64,000 nucleotides of DNA from Batkoa obscura (Eukaryota): NCBI GenBank assembly GCA_030770535.1, contig JASVEC010000013.1, positions 620,001 to 684,000 of the forward strand. Reading direction: 5' to 3'. The position numbers and the translations under genes were made by a program. The notes beneath the pieces are model-generated. The model was not told the origin of the DNA. It saw only the letters and a program-made list of their open reading frames with translations, and ran no database searches. Below are positions 1-11,749 of the stretch, piece after piece; the stretch's first letter is position 1; the number at the start of each line of letters is the position of its first letter.

Positions 1-12
1 TTTATAAAATGA

Positions 13-1494
13 ATGATTTTTCCAAAGTATCTTTTTATTTCTTTTAAATCATTTGAAATGAACTCTACTTACCAAAATGCCATCTTCAACGGATATAATT
101 TTGGGGTATATTCATCTTTAGGGGTGAAGAAGGAGTCGGTCGATCATTCAACAAGGAGCAAACAATTGCGCCAAAAATTAATTAACCATCAAAAAAATAA
201 GCAGCTCCACTTTAGCTGTGAAGCTGTTAATGAAGCGCAACTTGTTGACACTCTATTCTTTGCCACCACTGTCAATGTTTCTGACAACTATTCTTATATT
301 AATAATCAACCTAATTTTAGCTATTCAAAGTTCAATGAGTTAATTGATAACTCTCTTGCATCCGAAAATAATGTACTTGAAAGCACGCCCATATTTCTTA
401 CTTTAAGCTTGGATTATGATAATATAGATATCTTGTCAATTAAGATTAGGCAGTCACTTGAAGAGGGTATTAGTGGGTTCATTGTCAATAGTTACATGGA
501 AAAAGTGAGTTCCATAGGAAACATAGTGGTGTTAGTTCCAATCGCAACATTGGAAGAAATTATTATGAAAATACACAGTTTATCTAAGGATTATAATTCG
601 GATCCTTTAATCATGATACGTACACATATAGCAGATAGTTATTTCATTTCAACCTTCAATCACATAAATGATAAAAAGTTAATACTGGGTGCTACTAATG
701 AGGGCACTACCTATTATGAAACTATCCAGAATTATAAAAATAATATCAATGAAGGCAAATCCTTTTTAAATGATTTTTCACTCCCTTGGTCATTTCAAGC
801 AGCTCCAATGACGTTTGAAAAAACACTTGAATATCATTTGAAAATTAAGACTAAGTCGTCTTCTAAAGCAAAGCAAATAAAAGAGAGCATTTTAAGTAAC
901 AAAGGTGGAGATCCGTTCAAGAATGAGGACTACGTTAAAGATATGATTTCTGACTTTTATTGGAATCCTGAGGGTTGTAAAACAGAAGAAGGTTACTATC
1001 AAGTTGCAAATGATGTAGCATCCATCCACAATAGATTAATATCTTGTTTGAACATCAGTGATGGGGTTATTATAAGAAATGTGGGCGAATCAACACTTAC
1101 TAATATTGACATTATTGCTCAATTGTTAAAAAGAAACCATCCTGATATTTTACTCGGTTATGAATTTTCGAATTTAGATCCTTATTATTTATGTGACAAC
1201 AACTGTTACAATGTTATATTGGATTATGCAGAAGAATACAATAAAATGGGAATAAGCTGGCAAACTCTTTCTTGGTCGAATCAAATCAAATATAATATTC
1301 CTTATGATCCAAGACTGCGAACTATATTTTGCCATTTGATTTCCCAAGCACTGAGCTTAATGAAGCCAAGATTATTTGATATTAATAATCAAGCAAATGT
1401 CCTAAAAGACTCAATTATCCATGAACTCCGAAGAAGTTTAGTGCCTCAACTTATTGGGATTTATAATTACTTTGGACAAACCTTTTATTATTGA
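13..1494 (+). CDS. Isocitrate lyase-like protein, apparently catalytically dead
   Basis: Intronless 493-aa ORF colinear with fungal ICL: STPIF ~ LTPIV, EEGISG ~ ERGAAG, ILGATN ~ IVGATN, FYWNPEGCKTEEGYYQ ~ FFDWELPRVREGLYR, KMGISWQ ~ DLGYIWQ. KKCGH and the other catalytic motifs are absent. Start uncertain (ATG 13 or 58). Confidence 0.75.
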   Translation: MIFPKYLFISFKSFEMNSTYQNAIFNGYNFGVYSSLGVKKESVDHSTRSKQLRQKLINHQKNKQLHFSCEAVNEAQLVDTLFFATTVNVSDNYSYINNQPNFSYSKFNELIDNSLASENNVLESTPIFLTLSLDYDNIDILSIKIRQSLEEGISGFIVNSYMEKVSSIGNIVVLVPIATLEEIIMKIHSLSKDYNSDPLIMIRTHIADSYFISTFNHINDKKLILGATNEGTTYYETIQNYKNNINEGKSFLNDFSLPWSFQAAPMTFEKTLEYHLKIKTKSSSKAKQIKESILSNKGGDPFKNEDYVKDMISDFYWNPEGCKTEEGYYQVANDVASIHNRLISCLNISDGVIIRNVGESTLTNIDIIAQLLKRNHPDILLGYEFSNLDPYYLCDNNCYNVILDYAEEYNKMGISWQTLSWSNQIKYNIPYDPRLRTIFCHLISQALSLMKPRLFDINNQANVLKDSIIHELRRSLVPQLIGIYNYFGQTFYY

Positions 1495-2005
1495 TTATGA
1501 AATAAATCGCAAATGTATTTATTATTTAGTCTTTTTAGTATATATTGACATCTTTTTTAAACAATTTTTTATTTTAAACCCAAATTGAAGCAATATTTAG
1601 ATTAGTAATATAAAATAACATAAGTGGATGTGGGTAAGTTTAAACACTGGATTGACTTGAATATTTTCGAGTTTGACTTGCAAGATAAACCCAATTTTCG
1701 GTTATTTTTTGGGCAAATTCTAAACCGTAAGGGTGTACAATTGTAGCAGCGGAAAATTTACATTAAAAATTAAGTTTTTAAAAAAAGTATTACTGTTGCG
1801 ACCAACTTAACCATTTGTTGTAAAAAAAATACCAAGCAATTGAAAAGGCCTAAATTTTCATGCTTTTAAATATCAAAAAATTTCGGATCAAGCAATTTGA
1901 TGAGTAAGTAAAAAATCGCCCTTGCCCAAAAAATCACAACAAATTTAACCGTAAAACTCAAACTCAGTCACCAAGCCACCAAAGTTTTATTTCTTTATTT
2001 AAAAA

Positions 2006-2973
2006 ATGATGAATAGTGAATATGGAGGAGCAACTTTATTTGAAAGTTATGAATTAGAATATAAAAATTTATTTCAAACTTTAGAAGCAAAGATAAAGAA
2101 GGATATTATCGTTTCACAAGGAGGTAAAATATCATTAAATAAGTTTATACTTTAATGTTAAAAATTAAAATAGAGTTGAAAAAAACTTTAGTAAGATCGG
2201 CTGAAAGAGAATGCGAAGAAGGAGAAGAGATAGTAAGATCTTCAATAATAATAGACAAATTAGACTAAATTAGTATAGTTGTCTCAAATGGAGTTGGAAT
2301 TGAATAATTTAAATAAAGCGATAAGATCTCCATATCAAGCAAGATTTAAAGGGTATAAAAATCAATTACTAGTTCTTAAAAGAGACTTGGTAAGTATAAA
2401 ACTATTAAAAAAGAGCTTAATTTTTATTTTTCTACTGCAGAAACGTAGCGCTCAAACTAGTCATATTGAAAGAGAACAATTGTTAGGCTCTGAAGGAAAT
2501 GAACAACAACAAAGGACTGTTTTGCTTAGTGGTACTGATAGGTTAAACCAATCTTCTGCTAGATTAGAAAATTCTCATCGTTTGGCTTTAGAAACTGGTA
2601 AACTAATAATATTTAAATTAAATTAAATTAATAAGATAATAAACATTATAAATGTAGAACAAATGGGTGCGGGAATATTAAATGATTTAAGAGGTCAACG
2701 TGAACAAATTATTAATACTAGAGATACAGTAATGTATATAAAATTAAATTAATTAAAAAATTAATCGTTTATAGTTGAGAGAAGCTGATTCTTCTTTAGA
2801 TACAGCTCAAAGAACTTTAAAGGAAATGGCTAGACGGTACTATATATTTAATTAATTGTTGATTTTATTTAGTTTCTTTTTTTAGTATGATGATGAATCG
2901 CTTTATGGCTATTGGTATCATAGCCCTTTTGGTAGCACTTATCCTTTTAATTTTGTATTTTAAATTAGGATAA
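2006..2973 (+). CDS. VTI1: Vesicle transport v-SNARE Vti1 (multi-exon)
   Basis: About 8 exons with GT-AG introns: LFESYELEY, ..RLENSHRLALETEQMGAGILNDLRGQREQI.., C-terminal TM ending ILLILYFKLG* (TAA 2971-2973). Confidence 0.92.
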
Positions 2974-3056
2974 AGTTAATAATTTATAAATTCAATCTTA
3001 TAACAAATAAATAGTATATTTATAAAACAATAATTTTTAAAAATAGTTTATTTTCT

Positions 3057-3492
3057 TTAATCCTTTTCTAAATGTATACTAGAACCAAACTTAGCGTATA
3101 ATTTTGTCTTTAATGTCTTCATATCACCCACTAACTTATCTGCTTGATTTTGTTTCCCCTCTAAATTTAATTTAAGTTTTTCCAACTCTAAAGAAATCTT
3201 TTCTTGAACCTCTTCCAATTTCATTTCAATGAAGGAATCACCAATTTGATAAGGCACTAACTCTTCTTCATCCATTAATTCCATTTCTTCACTTAATTCT
3301 TCAAGGTATTCTCGCTCTTGTTTTAATGCTTCAATTTCATTCAAAACTAACTCTTGAGTTTGAGTTAATTTTGAAAATGTATTGATATCATTTTGATCTT
3401 GATATGTTACTTTTACTTCTACTTCTTGGCTTGGTTCTAACTAAATCATTATCAGCTTTTTTTACTTGCCTATTTTTAGTATTCATTACCAT
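3057..3492 (-). CDS. GIM3: Prefoldin subunit 4
   Basis: ATG-only first exon (3490-3492), intron 3441-3489, then LEPSQEVEVKVTYQDQNDINTFSKL..VPYQIGDSF..LYAKFGSSIHLE. Confidence 0.9.
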
Positions 3493-4345
3493 TGTTTTAT
3501 TTTTTCAAACTTTAAAACCTTTAAAGTTGTTAACAACTTTTTTTTAGCTTTTGTTAAGTGAATTTAGGATTTGCTCAAAATGAACTCTCAAAAGCAAAGT
3601 TGCTAATTTCGAAAGTTCTCTTTGTTCTATTTCTGAAGCAGTCGTTTTGGAAAGTTTCGTAACCAAGTTGCTGTCTAGACCTATTTTTTACAATTCAAAG
3701 TTGAATAATCTATCCTTTCCTTAATCATCTAATAACAAACGCTCTGGAAAACAGGACCAAATCTGTGTACTTTTCCGCTCTCTACTTCTACCAAAAGAAA
3801 AGAATCAATTTAACTCGAATTTTCTCTTGCAGAACGTTATCATCAACTGTTTAGCCTTTTAAATTGGACTGACTTGAGTATTTAATTTTTTATTATAGCC
3901 AACAAAACACTTAGGGCATAAACCTTATAAAAGAAATAACTTCAAATAACTATATATTATTTAACAGTGACTTTAAGTTCAAGAAGAAGAAGGCAAGTTA
4001 TAAAATTATATTTATTGTAGTAAAATAGGCTTTGTAAAGACATTTAGAAGCTAAAACTCTATTATCCCCCCACAATCCTTTATACTCTGCTTGTTTATGT
4101 TGGAATTAATCAATAACGATACATAATTGTAATCTATTATCAGTAGTAATTAGCTTATTGAGTTACTTTTATTTTGTATATATGTTACTATTTGCTCTCC
4201 ATTTGATATATCTACAGATAGAGGTCTAAGCTTGTTAAACCCTAAAAAACATTTTTCTGAGAAATTTATTTTGCTTTTAAAAAATATGAATAGTTTATTT
4301 TATTTAAACTGCTCTATAGATAATAATAAAAAAGATAGCTCATAT

Positions 4346-4445
4346 GGGGGTGTTTTTTTTTGGCTTCATTACTTTTTCCATCTTTTAAGCGCTATTTGAG
4401 TGAAAAGATTGTTAGTAAAATTTTTAAACAAAAAAATACATCCCC
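4346..4445 (+). mobile_element. MITE-A copy 1 (~100 bp, GGGG..CCCC ends, ATAT TSD)
   Basis: TIR GGGG(G/A)TGT..ACATCCCC, ATAT on both sides, shared core AAGCGCTATTTGAG. Confidence 0.85.
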
Positions 4446-4687
4446 ATATTAGCATAAATATAAAATGGATAAATAATATTATTCTTTCTTTATTACCAAA
4501 ACGACACTATTGCAATGGTTTTCAAACTGTTATCTGCTTTAAATGCTTGTTAGCTACTGTTTCAAGGTACATACATGGTTTCCCTAATTTGCAATTTAAA
4601 CCCATCCTGGTATAATATCCAATATTATTGCTTTTATACTTTTAAACATTAATTATTAAATTTGTATTAAGCTTTTTGTTGCCATAT

Positions 4688-4780
4688 GGGGATGTATTTT
4701 TTTTAAGAATTTTATTAACAATTTTTTCACTCAAATAGCGTTTAAATGGAAAAAATAATGAAACCAAAAAAAACACCCCC
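4688..4780 (-). mobile_element. MITE-A copy 2
   Basis: Reverse-complement copy with ATAT on both sides. Confidence 0.85.
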
Positions 4781-5088
4781 ATATCATTATTTTATTAGAT
4801 AATTAGGAAGATATTTATGCAACTTTTTCCAAAAAATTAAAATATAAAACTACTATTATTATTTGAAATGAATAACGGTATTATAGTAAAAAAATTTGCT
4901 AAAATTAGTAAACAGGATATATATAATTAATATAAACTTTGCTTTTATTTTTAATAATTTAAATTACAATTAAATAAAAAGGAATCTTTATAATAAAAAC
5001 TTGTTACATTTCATTAGGAAATATAAGATTATTTGGCATCTGTTATATTTCCAATTAACTATTAGTAATATTACTTCAATTCGTACTT

Positions 5089-6414
5089 TTATACAATACA
5101 TATCCAAAGCGCTAGTATGGTAGAAATTAAAGGTGTAATGCGACTGTTACTTTGAGTAAATAAGCCCATGCTACCAGACGGGTTTTGTGCTTTCACAATA
5201 GGATTAGGGTTATCATTAGTTGGATACCCCATCTTACTCAACACTGCAACTAATCCTGGTCCATAGGGTTCGGATCCCCAAGTTCCTAATGATGAAACTT
5301 CTGAATTTAATGAAACTCCTGGTGCTAATTCATATCTCATTAAAAATTCTTCGGTATTAGTATAAGCACTTTTAGATACATGCGATATTGAAGAACCAAT
5401 AGCAAATGGCTTTAGACTAGTTTCTAGTTGTAGTATACCATTTGAAGCAGTGGATACTTCCTTGCCTAATTGAAAACCAAGGGTATTTGCTGTTGACGCT
5501 ATACTTAATAATTTCTGACCTACACTATATTGATCTGAGTTTACAAAAGCATTAGCCAAGTCATCTGAGCTTTTATATAAGGATTTCGAAGATGCAAATT
5601 GGTTTATTTGTTGAGTATAATTTGAAAATGTTTGTCCAGTACCCAATATACTTACATATCTATCAAATACATTCTCATAGAATCCAGTTAATGCAAGCTG
5701 CCCTGAACTACTACGTCCAACTTCTGGGTTCGGTGTTAAAACTTGTGGATTACCATCACTAAAGTAGTCTGAGTATGCAGATGCAAATCCTAAACCATGA
5801 ACCAACTCATGGGATACGACTAGTAAAAAATCAACTTGATTCTTTGAAAGTGGACCTGAACCAAACCAAAAGCTGGCGTCTGAGTTAAATTCTGCTATAA
5901 TATCAAAGGATGATATACGTGGCATTGGAGACAACTTCATTTGTTTCACTAAAGCCTGAGGATACAGCCTTTCCTGTCCATCATCGTCTTTTAAAGCCAC
6001 ACTCCTTGCAGCTGCTGCTTGACCTAAAGTAATTTGAGAAGTTGCGCAATCACCATTTGTTCTACAAAAAGAATAAAAGGAAGCTTGAACAGTAACTGGT
6101 GATTTGAACTTAATAATATTTGAAAGATAAGAAGTAGCCGTCTCGAATGTTTGCTTTACGTTTCCACAAGTAGTTGAATCCAATTGACATGATAAAGATA
6201 TCTGAAACATATTATTTGGATCGGTCCCATTTGTTTTCAAATCTGAATTTCCTACAAGCCTTTGTTTATTGGGTTGTTTCAAGTCTGTTTCTTCATACTC
6301 ACAAGGCACTTCTGTCATAAAGCCTTTTTCGGTAGGTTTAGGATGTTGGAAACATTTTGAAAACACATGTAGTGAACATGACAGAAACAGTAAGATACAG
6401 AAATTGAAATACAT
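5089..6414 (-). CDS. Secreted, probably GPI-anchored zinc metallopeptidase (leishmanolysin/M8-like)
   Basis: Signal peptide from ATG 6414 (MYFNFCILLFLSC), HELVHGLGF HExxH motif, later GSSISH and a candidate Met-turn (FLM), hydrophobic C-terminus. Intronless. Confidence 0.75.
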   Translation of the reverse strand: MYFNFCILLFLSCSLHVFSKCFQHPKPTEKGFMTEVPCEYEETDLKQPNKQRLVGNSDLKTNGTDPNNMFQISLSCQLDSTTCGNVKQTFETATSYLSNIIKFKSPVTVQASFYSFCRTNGDCATSQITLGQAAAARSVALKDDDGQERLYPQALVKQMKLSPMPRISSFDIIAEFNSDASFWFGSGPLSKNQVDFLLVVSHELVHGLGFASAYSDYFSDGNPQVLTPNPEVGRSSSGQLALTGFYENVFDRYVSILGTGQTFSNYTQQINQFASSKSLYKSSDDLANAFVNSDQYSVGQKLLSIASTANTLGFQLGKEVSTASNGILQLETSLKPFAIGSSISHVSKSAYTNTEEFLMRYELAPGVSLNSEVSSLGTWGSEPYGPGLVAVLSKMGYPTNDNPNPIVKAQNPSGSMGLFTQSNSRITPLISTILALWICIV

Positions 6415-8431
6415 TAATAAATAAAATAAAAAGAGCAATTAATTAGAATTCAATAATCAACTTGATTTTTGATTTTCCGTTAACTTTTTTATAATTGTGT
6501 AACTCCCATTCTCTTTCTCTTCTTTTTATAGCTTTTAGTTTTGCTTATCTATTTTTAGGTGGTTAGTAATTTTTTGATATTCTTTACTATAAAATGATCT
6601 AATTGATGGGTCATTTTAATGCCTTAGACTCCAAACAAATAGCCTAGTTCTTTCATAGTTATCTCTTGTCCAATAATAGTTTACTAAACCTTGACAATGA
6701 GAAGAATTATTTGAATAAAATATTAAACGGTCAAATAGAAAAATGCAAGTAAACCCTTTGAACAATTTGTAGGCAAAATTTAACTTGCTTCCTTCTATCA
6801 AGATTGCCAAGAAAGAATTAATAGAATTAATACTATAAATAGATTTATCTGGCAATAAAAATAATTGAGAATTTTAGCTCAGCACAAAATTTACCTTCAA
6901 ATTTACTTGGCTGACACCAAATTATTAAATTTCGATTTAAGGTACTAAAAGAATATTATTTTCTAACTCAAGACCCGAAAGCTTTATGCTTTTATTTAGT
7001 TAAAAGGAACCGGGAGAGTATTGGTAGTTTTGGAAAGGAGAAGTCAAATAAAGAATGTTCTCTTAACAAAAAAGAGGGAGCATTAATATGAAGGCACTAA
7101 ATAACTTTATGTTGCAAAGCTTAGTTTTCAAATTTTACAACTTTAACGCCATGAATAAGCTAATTTTTTGATTTTAGATACCCATCAATATAATTGTATA
7201 TTATCAATAAATTATGAGGTTTATTTATTTAGTAAATTAGTTTAGTGACAAATTGTAATTAAAACTATTATCATGAATAGGCCTTTCTTTTTGTAGAATT
7301 TATTTCTGTATACTTGATTTTAGATTATTTATGTCTAAATGTTACACTTTTTAAACTCAATACTATAGCTTTTGATTAATAGCTTTGAGGTAAAGTAATT
7401 AATTGATAATTTTAATAATTAATAAACTACACCTGAAATCTTTCCTATAGTACAAAAGGTAGTATGTAAAAGTCTTTTAATTCATTACTGGTTCGTAAAA
7501 TATAAAATAATATAAAACAATATAAAATAATATAAAACGTTAGCTTTGAATAGATAAATGTAGTTATGTCAACTCCAATTTGGCACTAGTTTATTAAAGT
7601 TTAAAAAATATCCCAAAACAGGAGGAAAGGAAATTAAATTTAATAACTTTTTGACAATTAATTTTTAACCTTTTATAATAATTAGCTTTAAAGGTGGTAA
7701 TTTGTAAACTTAATCAAGCTTTTAGTAAAAAAACGATATTTTTATTTTTACTTTTATACTAAAGATATATTCATTAGTAATTGAAAATAATCTGAAAGAC
7801 TACTTATCTAACTCAAAATTTCAAACATCTCATTAAAAATATAGTATCTCGTTTTTTAATAATAGTCATCTTTGAATTTTTATTATTATTGCTACACTTT
7901 TTCAAAATTAATTTACTTTAAAAGAGTTGTATCAATAAATTGTTCCAAGTGTTTGGTAAAGATACTTTGCTATATTTAATATATGTGCATGTAATTACTT
8001 TTATCCAAATCGTTTTGAAAGTAAAAGCACTGAGGTGTTTTTATTTTTAAAAGAGTATATGAGGGTAACAGTAGACAGCTCAGATAAGAGGTGATTTAGA
8101 TGGAAGGAAGTTATAAAATAAAAATTTACTGAGTAAAAGGAAGTAGTTCTAATTTTAGAGTCCCAGAAATCAGTTGAAGTAAGCTCTACTTCGCAGGAGC
8201 ATGCTTTTTGTAAAAATTAATCCAGGCATGGAGTAGCGGCTCATAGTAAAAGTGTGGAAATGCTTTTTTGCTTTAGCATTTTATCTACTTTATATGCAGC
8301 TATACTATTGGCTATTTTTAAGCAAAAAATATGTATGTGTACTATTTAATATATTAAAGATTTTGTTTTATATATTAAATAAATAAATAAATTATAAAGG
8401 TAGAAATAAATAAAATTAGAATTATAGACCT

Positions 8432-8529
8432 GGGGATATGTTTTTGTGTTTAACAATTTTATTAATAATTCTTCCGATCAAATAGCGCTTAAAAGATGTA
8501 AAAAGTGATGAACCTAGAAAAAATACCTC
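8432..8529 (-). mobile_element. MITE-A copy 3 (diverged)
   Basis: GGGGATATG..CAAATAGCGCTTAAAAGATG..GTGATGAA core present; TSD not clear. Confidence 0.75.
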
Positions 8530-9464
8530 AATCTATTGATTTTAATATTTTTTTTATTTGTAAATTAAATATAGTCAGATACAATTAATATAGCTTAAAC
8601 TATACTTTATCAAACTATAATAAATATTTAAAACCCTACCTATTTATTTAATACTAATAAAACGTTTTATTTTAAAATATTAATGGTTCGAATCTATTAA
8701 TTTAATAATTAAATTAATTAAATTAAATAGCTTAATATAATAAAGCTATATTAGCAAGAGGTTGTATACTATTATAATTAATTAGAGTATAGCCATTAAA
8801 TAACTACATGAGTTAAGCTATTTGAAGTTTTTTTTCGATATTGGTATATTGTATAAGGTTGTTTTTAAGGTAGTCTCCCTTTTTGAGCAAATCCAGGTTG
8901 TTAAGGGTGTAGAACTGCTACAGTCAACTTTTTTTACATGAATAGTATTTTGTTTTTAGACTTAAGAGATGTTTACTGTTGCAATCAATAGCCTTTTCTT
9001 TTTTGCCTATAAAGGGGAGATTACTTTAGAAGCAGCCTTATAAATTCTATAATTTGAGCCAACTCAAATTGAAAAGCTTTTAAATAGGATTCTGGGCTTA
9101 CCTTTCTCTTGGATTTGTAATATAAGGTATCTTTAAATATTATTAGGGGATTTCTTAACGTTTTAACTGTAGTAATCAAATAGAAACCCACTGAATGGAG
9201 TTTAATTAAAAATGATGCATTATTTTTAAAGCATGTGTAAGGTGAAATTAAGATCGATTTAGGTAATTTAAAGGAACAATAATAGGCCAAAATTATTTAG
9301 AGAATTCAATGGAACAATAAAAAAACCGAGGTTTTACTGGTCGGATCAACCTATATTTTACAAATACTAGTATTATAAATATAAGTGACAGAGTCTAATA
9401 CTACGAATTAAGTAGAAAAAAAAAGTATAAATAGATAAGGAACATTACAAACAAGAATAAAAAA

Positions 9465-11057
9465 ATGCTTTATTATATCTTACCGATATTTTTAGTACTA
9501 GTAGTATTAACATATAATTTTATCCAAAAACAAAAGGATCCAAATAATAATTTGCCATCCGCTGGTATATTTAAGTTTATTTATCACACTATAAAACAGA
9601 CGCCATTACATATAAAAGAGAAGGAGCTATTCGTGCCTTTATTTCAAATAAACAAGTACATTAAGTTTTGGTTAGGGACATGGTTTATCATGGTTTCTGA
9701 TTTAGATACAATCAAAACTATATTGATGGACAGTGATAATTTTATTAAACTCAATCAATTTAAACAATTTAAACGAATTATATCTTTGGACCAAAACATT
9801 GCTGTTGTGGATGGTGAGGAGTGGAAAAGACATAAAAGAGTTATTAACCCAGCATTTAAAAGAGGCTGGGATATTGATATATTTATTAAAGTCGGGTTTA
9901 AAATGATAAACTATATGAAAAAGAATGAGAATAACTTCGAGTTGATTGATGTATTGAAGAACTCCACTCTAGATAGTTTGGGTTTATCTATTTTTGATAT
10001 TGACTTTAATTCAATTGAAGATGAAAACTGTGAAATATCGTCACTTTACATTAAATTCATTAAAGGCATAAATAATGTATGGTTTTTACTGTTTCCTTTC
10101 TTAGATAGGCTACCTATTCCGTCAAGAATTCAATTAAAGAAAGATACTGATCGCTTTTATCAATTAGTTGAAAATTTAATTAAAGAAAAAAGAGAACAAA
10201 TTAAGAAATGCGGTATTGATAATATTAAATCAAGTTTATTAACTATGTTGGTTCAGTCTTCAGATAATGATAATAGCACATTTAATGGCTTAACTGATGA
10301 AGAAATTATTGTAAGTTAAAAATTTACTATATAAATAATACAATTTAACTATTTAGAGTGACGTAATTTTACTTTTTATTGCTGGACATGACACTACTGC
10401 TCATACCTTATCATGTCTTTTATATTTTTTATCAAAAAATCAAGTATAATCATAATTTAACTCTATTATTTTTAAATATTTAATTTCATTATTTAGGATA
10501 TCCAAAATAGATTAAGAGATGAAATTATTCACGTTTTAGGAGAAAAATCAAAGAACATTAACGAGGACATAAAAATAACTCAAGAAGAATTAAATAAAAT
10601 GATTTATTTTGAGGCAGTTATTAATGAAGGGATGAGAATTACGCCAGTAGCAACTATAATGACTAGAAAAGTAGCTAAAGACTATTGTTTTAATAATGAA
10701 ATTCAATTTAAAAAAGGACAGCCATTGCTATTAAATTTTGCATTAGCAATGAATGATGAAAAGAAATTCAAAAATCCAAAAGAGTTTAATCCAGATCGAT
10801 TTTTAGTCCTAAATGAAAACGGAGAGACTCAAATTAACAAAAAGTTAACCAAAGACATGATTGGATTTAGTATCGGCCCACGTATGTGTATTGGAAATCA
10901 ATTTTCTATTTTGGAACAAAAAACATTTTTAATATTGTTACTATTAACTTTTAAAGTCGATTTACCTTCAGACTCTATCCATCGCGATTATCCTATCCTT
11001 CCACCCTTTGGTATTTGTAGTCCTAAAGATCTTAAACTAGATTTTACATTACTTTAG
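9465..11057 (+). CDS. Cytochrome P450 (exons 9465-10310, 10357-10443, 10497-11057)
   Basis: N-terminal TM, AGHDTT I-helix, EGMR (ExxR), FNPDRF, GFSIGPRMCIG heme motif; both introns splice in frame. Confidence 0.95.
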
Positions 11058-11185
11058 TATACCTAAGCTTAAGTTAATTTGCTTTTATTCTTATAGCTTC
11101 ACTTGACCATTTTACTTTGAACATTTTATTAAACTATCTAAACATTTCTTTAAAAAACATTTTTGATGATATTTGATAATTATAT

Positions 11186-11283
11186 GGGGTGTTTTTCTTG
11201 GCTTCATCACTTTTTCCATCTTTTAGGCGCTATTTGAGTGGAAAAATTGCTAGTAAAATTCTTAAACATAAAAATACATCCCC
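11186..11283 (+). mobile_element. MITE-A copy 4
   Basis: Family core and TIRs; right end sits 2 bp from the LTR-like element. Confidence 0.85.
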
Positions 11284-11285
11284 AT

Positions 11286-11749
11286 TGTGAAATATTGGTT
11301 TATTAGCTCTCGGATTGATTATAACACAACAATCACTTAAGTTGTTATGATCTCAAGTTCAGGTACAATCAGTTCAGAGTCCCTTATTTTAATTTGCTGC
11401 GAGGATTCCTAACTTCATATTGCAAAGAATATCGTCTTCTCGTTTTAATATCCATACTTATTGAAGTATAAAAGAGATCCTTGAACATAATAACTCGCGG
11501 CTTTTTAATTGAATTACTCACTGATAACGTATCATTAATAAAGTCACTAAGTCTTTTTGACGACATCTTACATAGATTTTATAGTAGCATCTTCTATTAT
11601 ATTTGTTTTACATAGTTCGTAACTTATTACGTATTATTCTTATTCATTTAAGTCTACCTTAGTTATATAAATTAAGACCGTTCGACTGAAGACAAGTTAA
11701 TCAACCAAGGACTGCTTTTAATTCCTACCACTGAGTACCAACTTTCACA
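11286..11749 (-). mobile_element. Solo LTR-like element copy 1
   Basis: TGTGAAA...TTTCACA ends; aligns end to end (with indels) to the reverse complement of 36367-36847; AATAAA near its 3' end. Confidence 0.75.

Noticed and set aside
3545..3800. GC-richer stretch with coding-like minus-strand fragments
   Set aside because: Interrupted by stops and no family recognisable; may be a relic but I cannot support a call.
4400..4615. Short ORFs overlapping MITE-A (also 53370-53564)
   Set aside because: They run through MITE sequence and show no protein features.
11384..11566. 60-aa ORF and its 61-aa look-alike at 36553-36738 as a gene family
   Set aside because: Both lie inside the solo-LTR-like repeat and diverge in frame; the similarity is at the DNA level.
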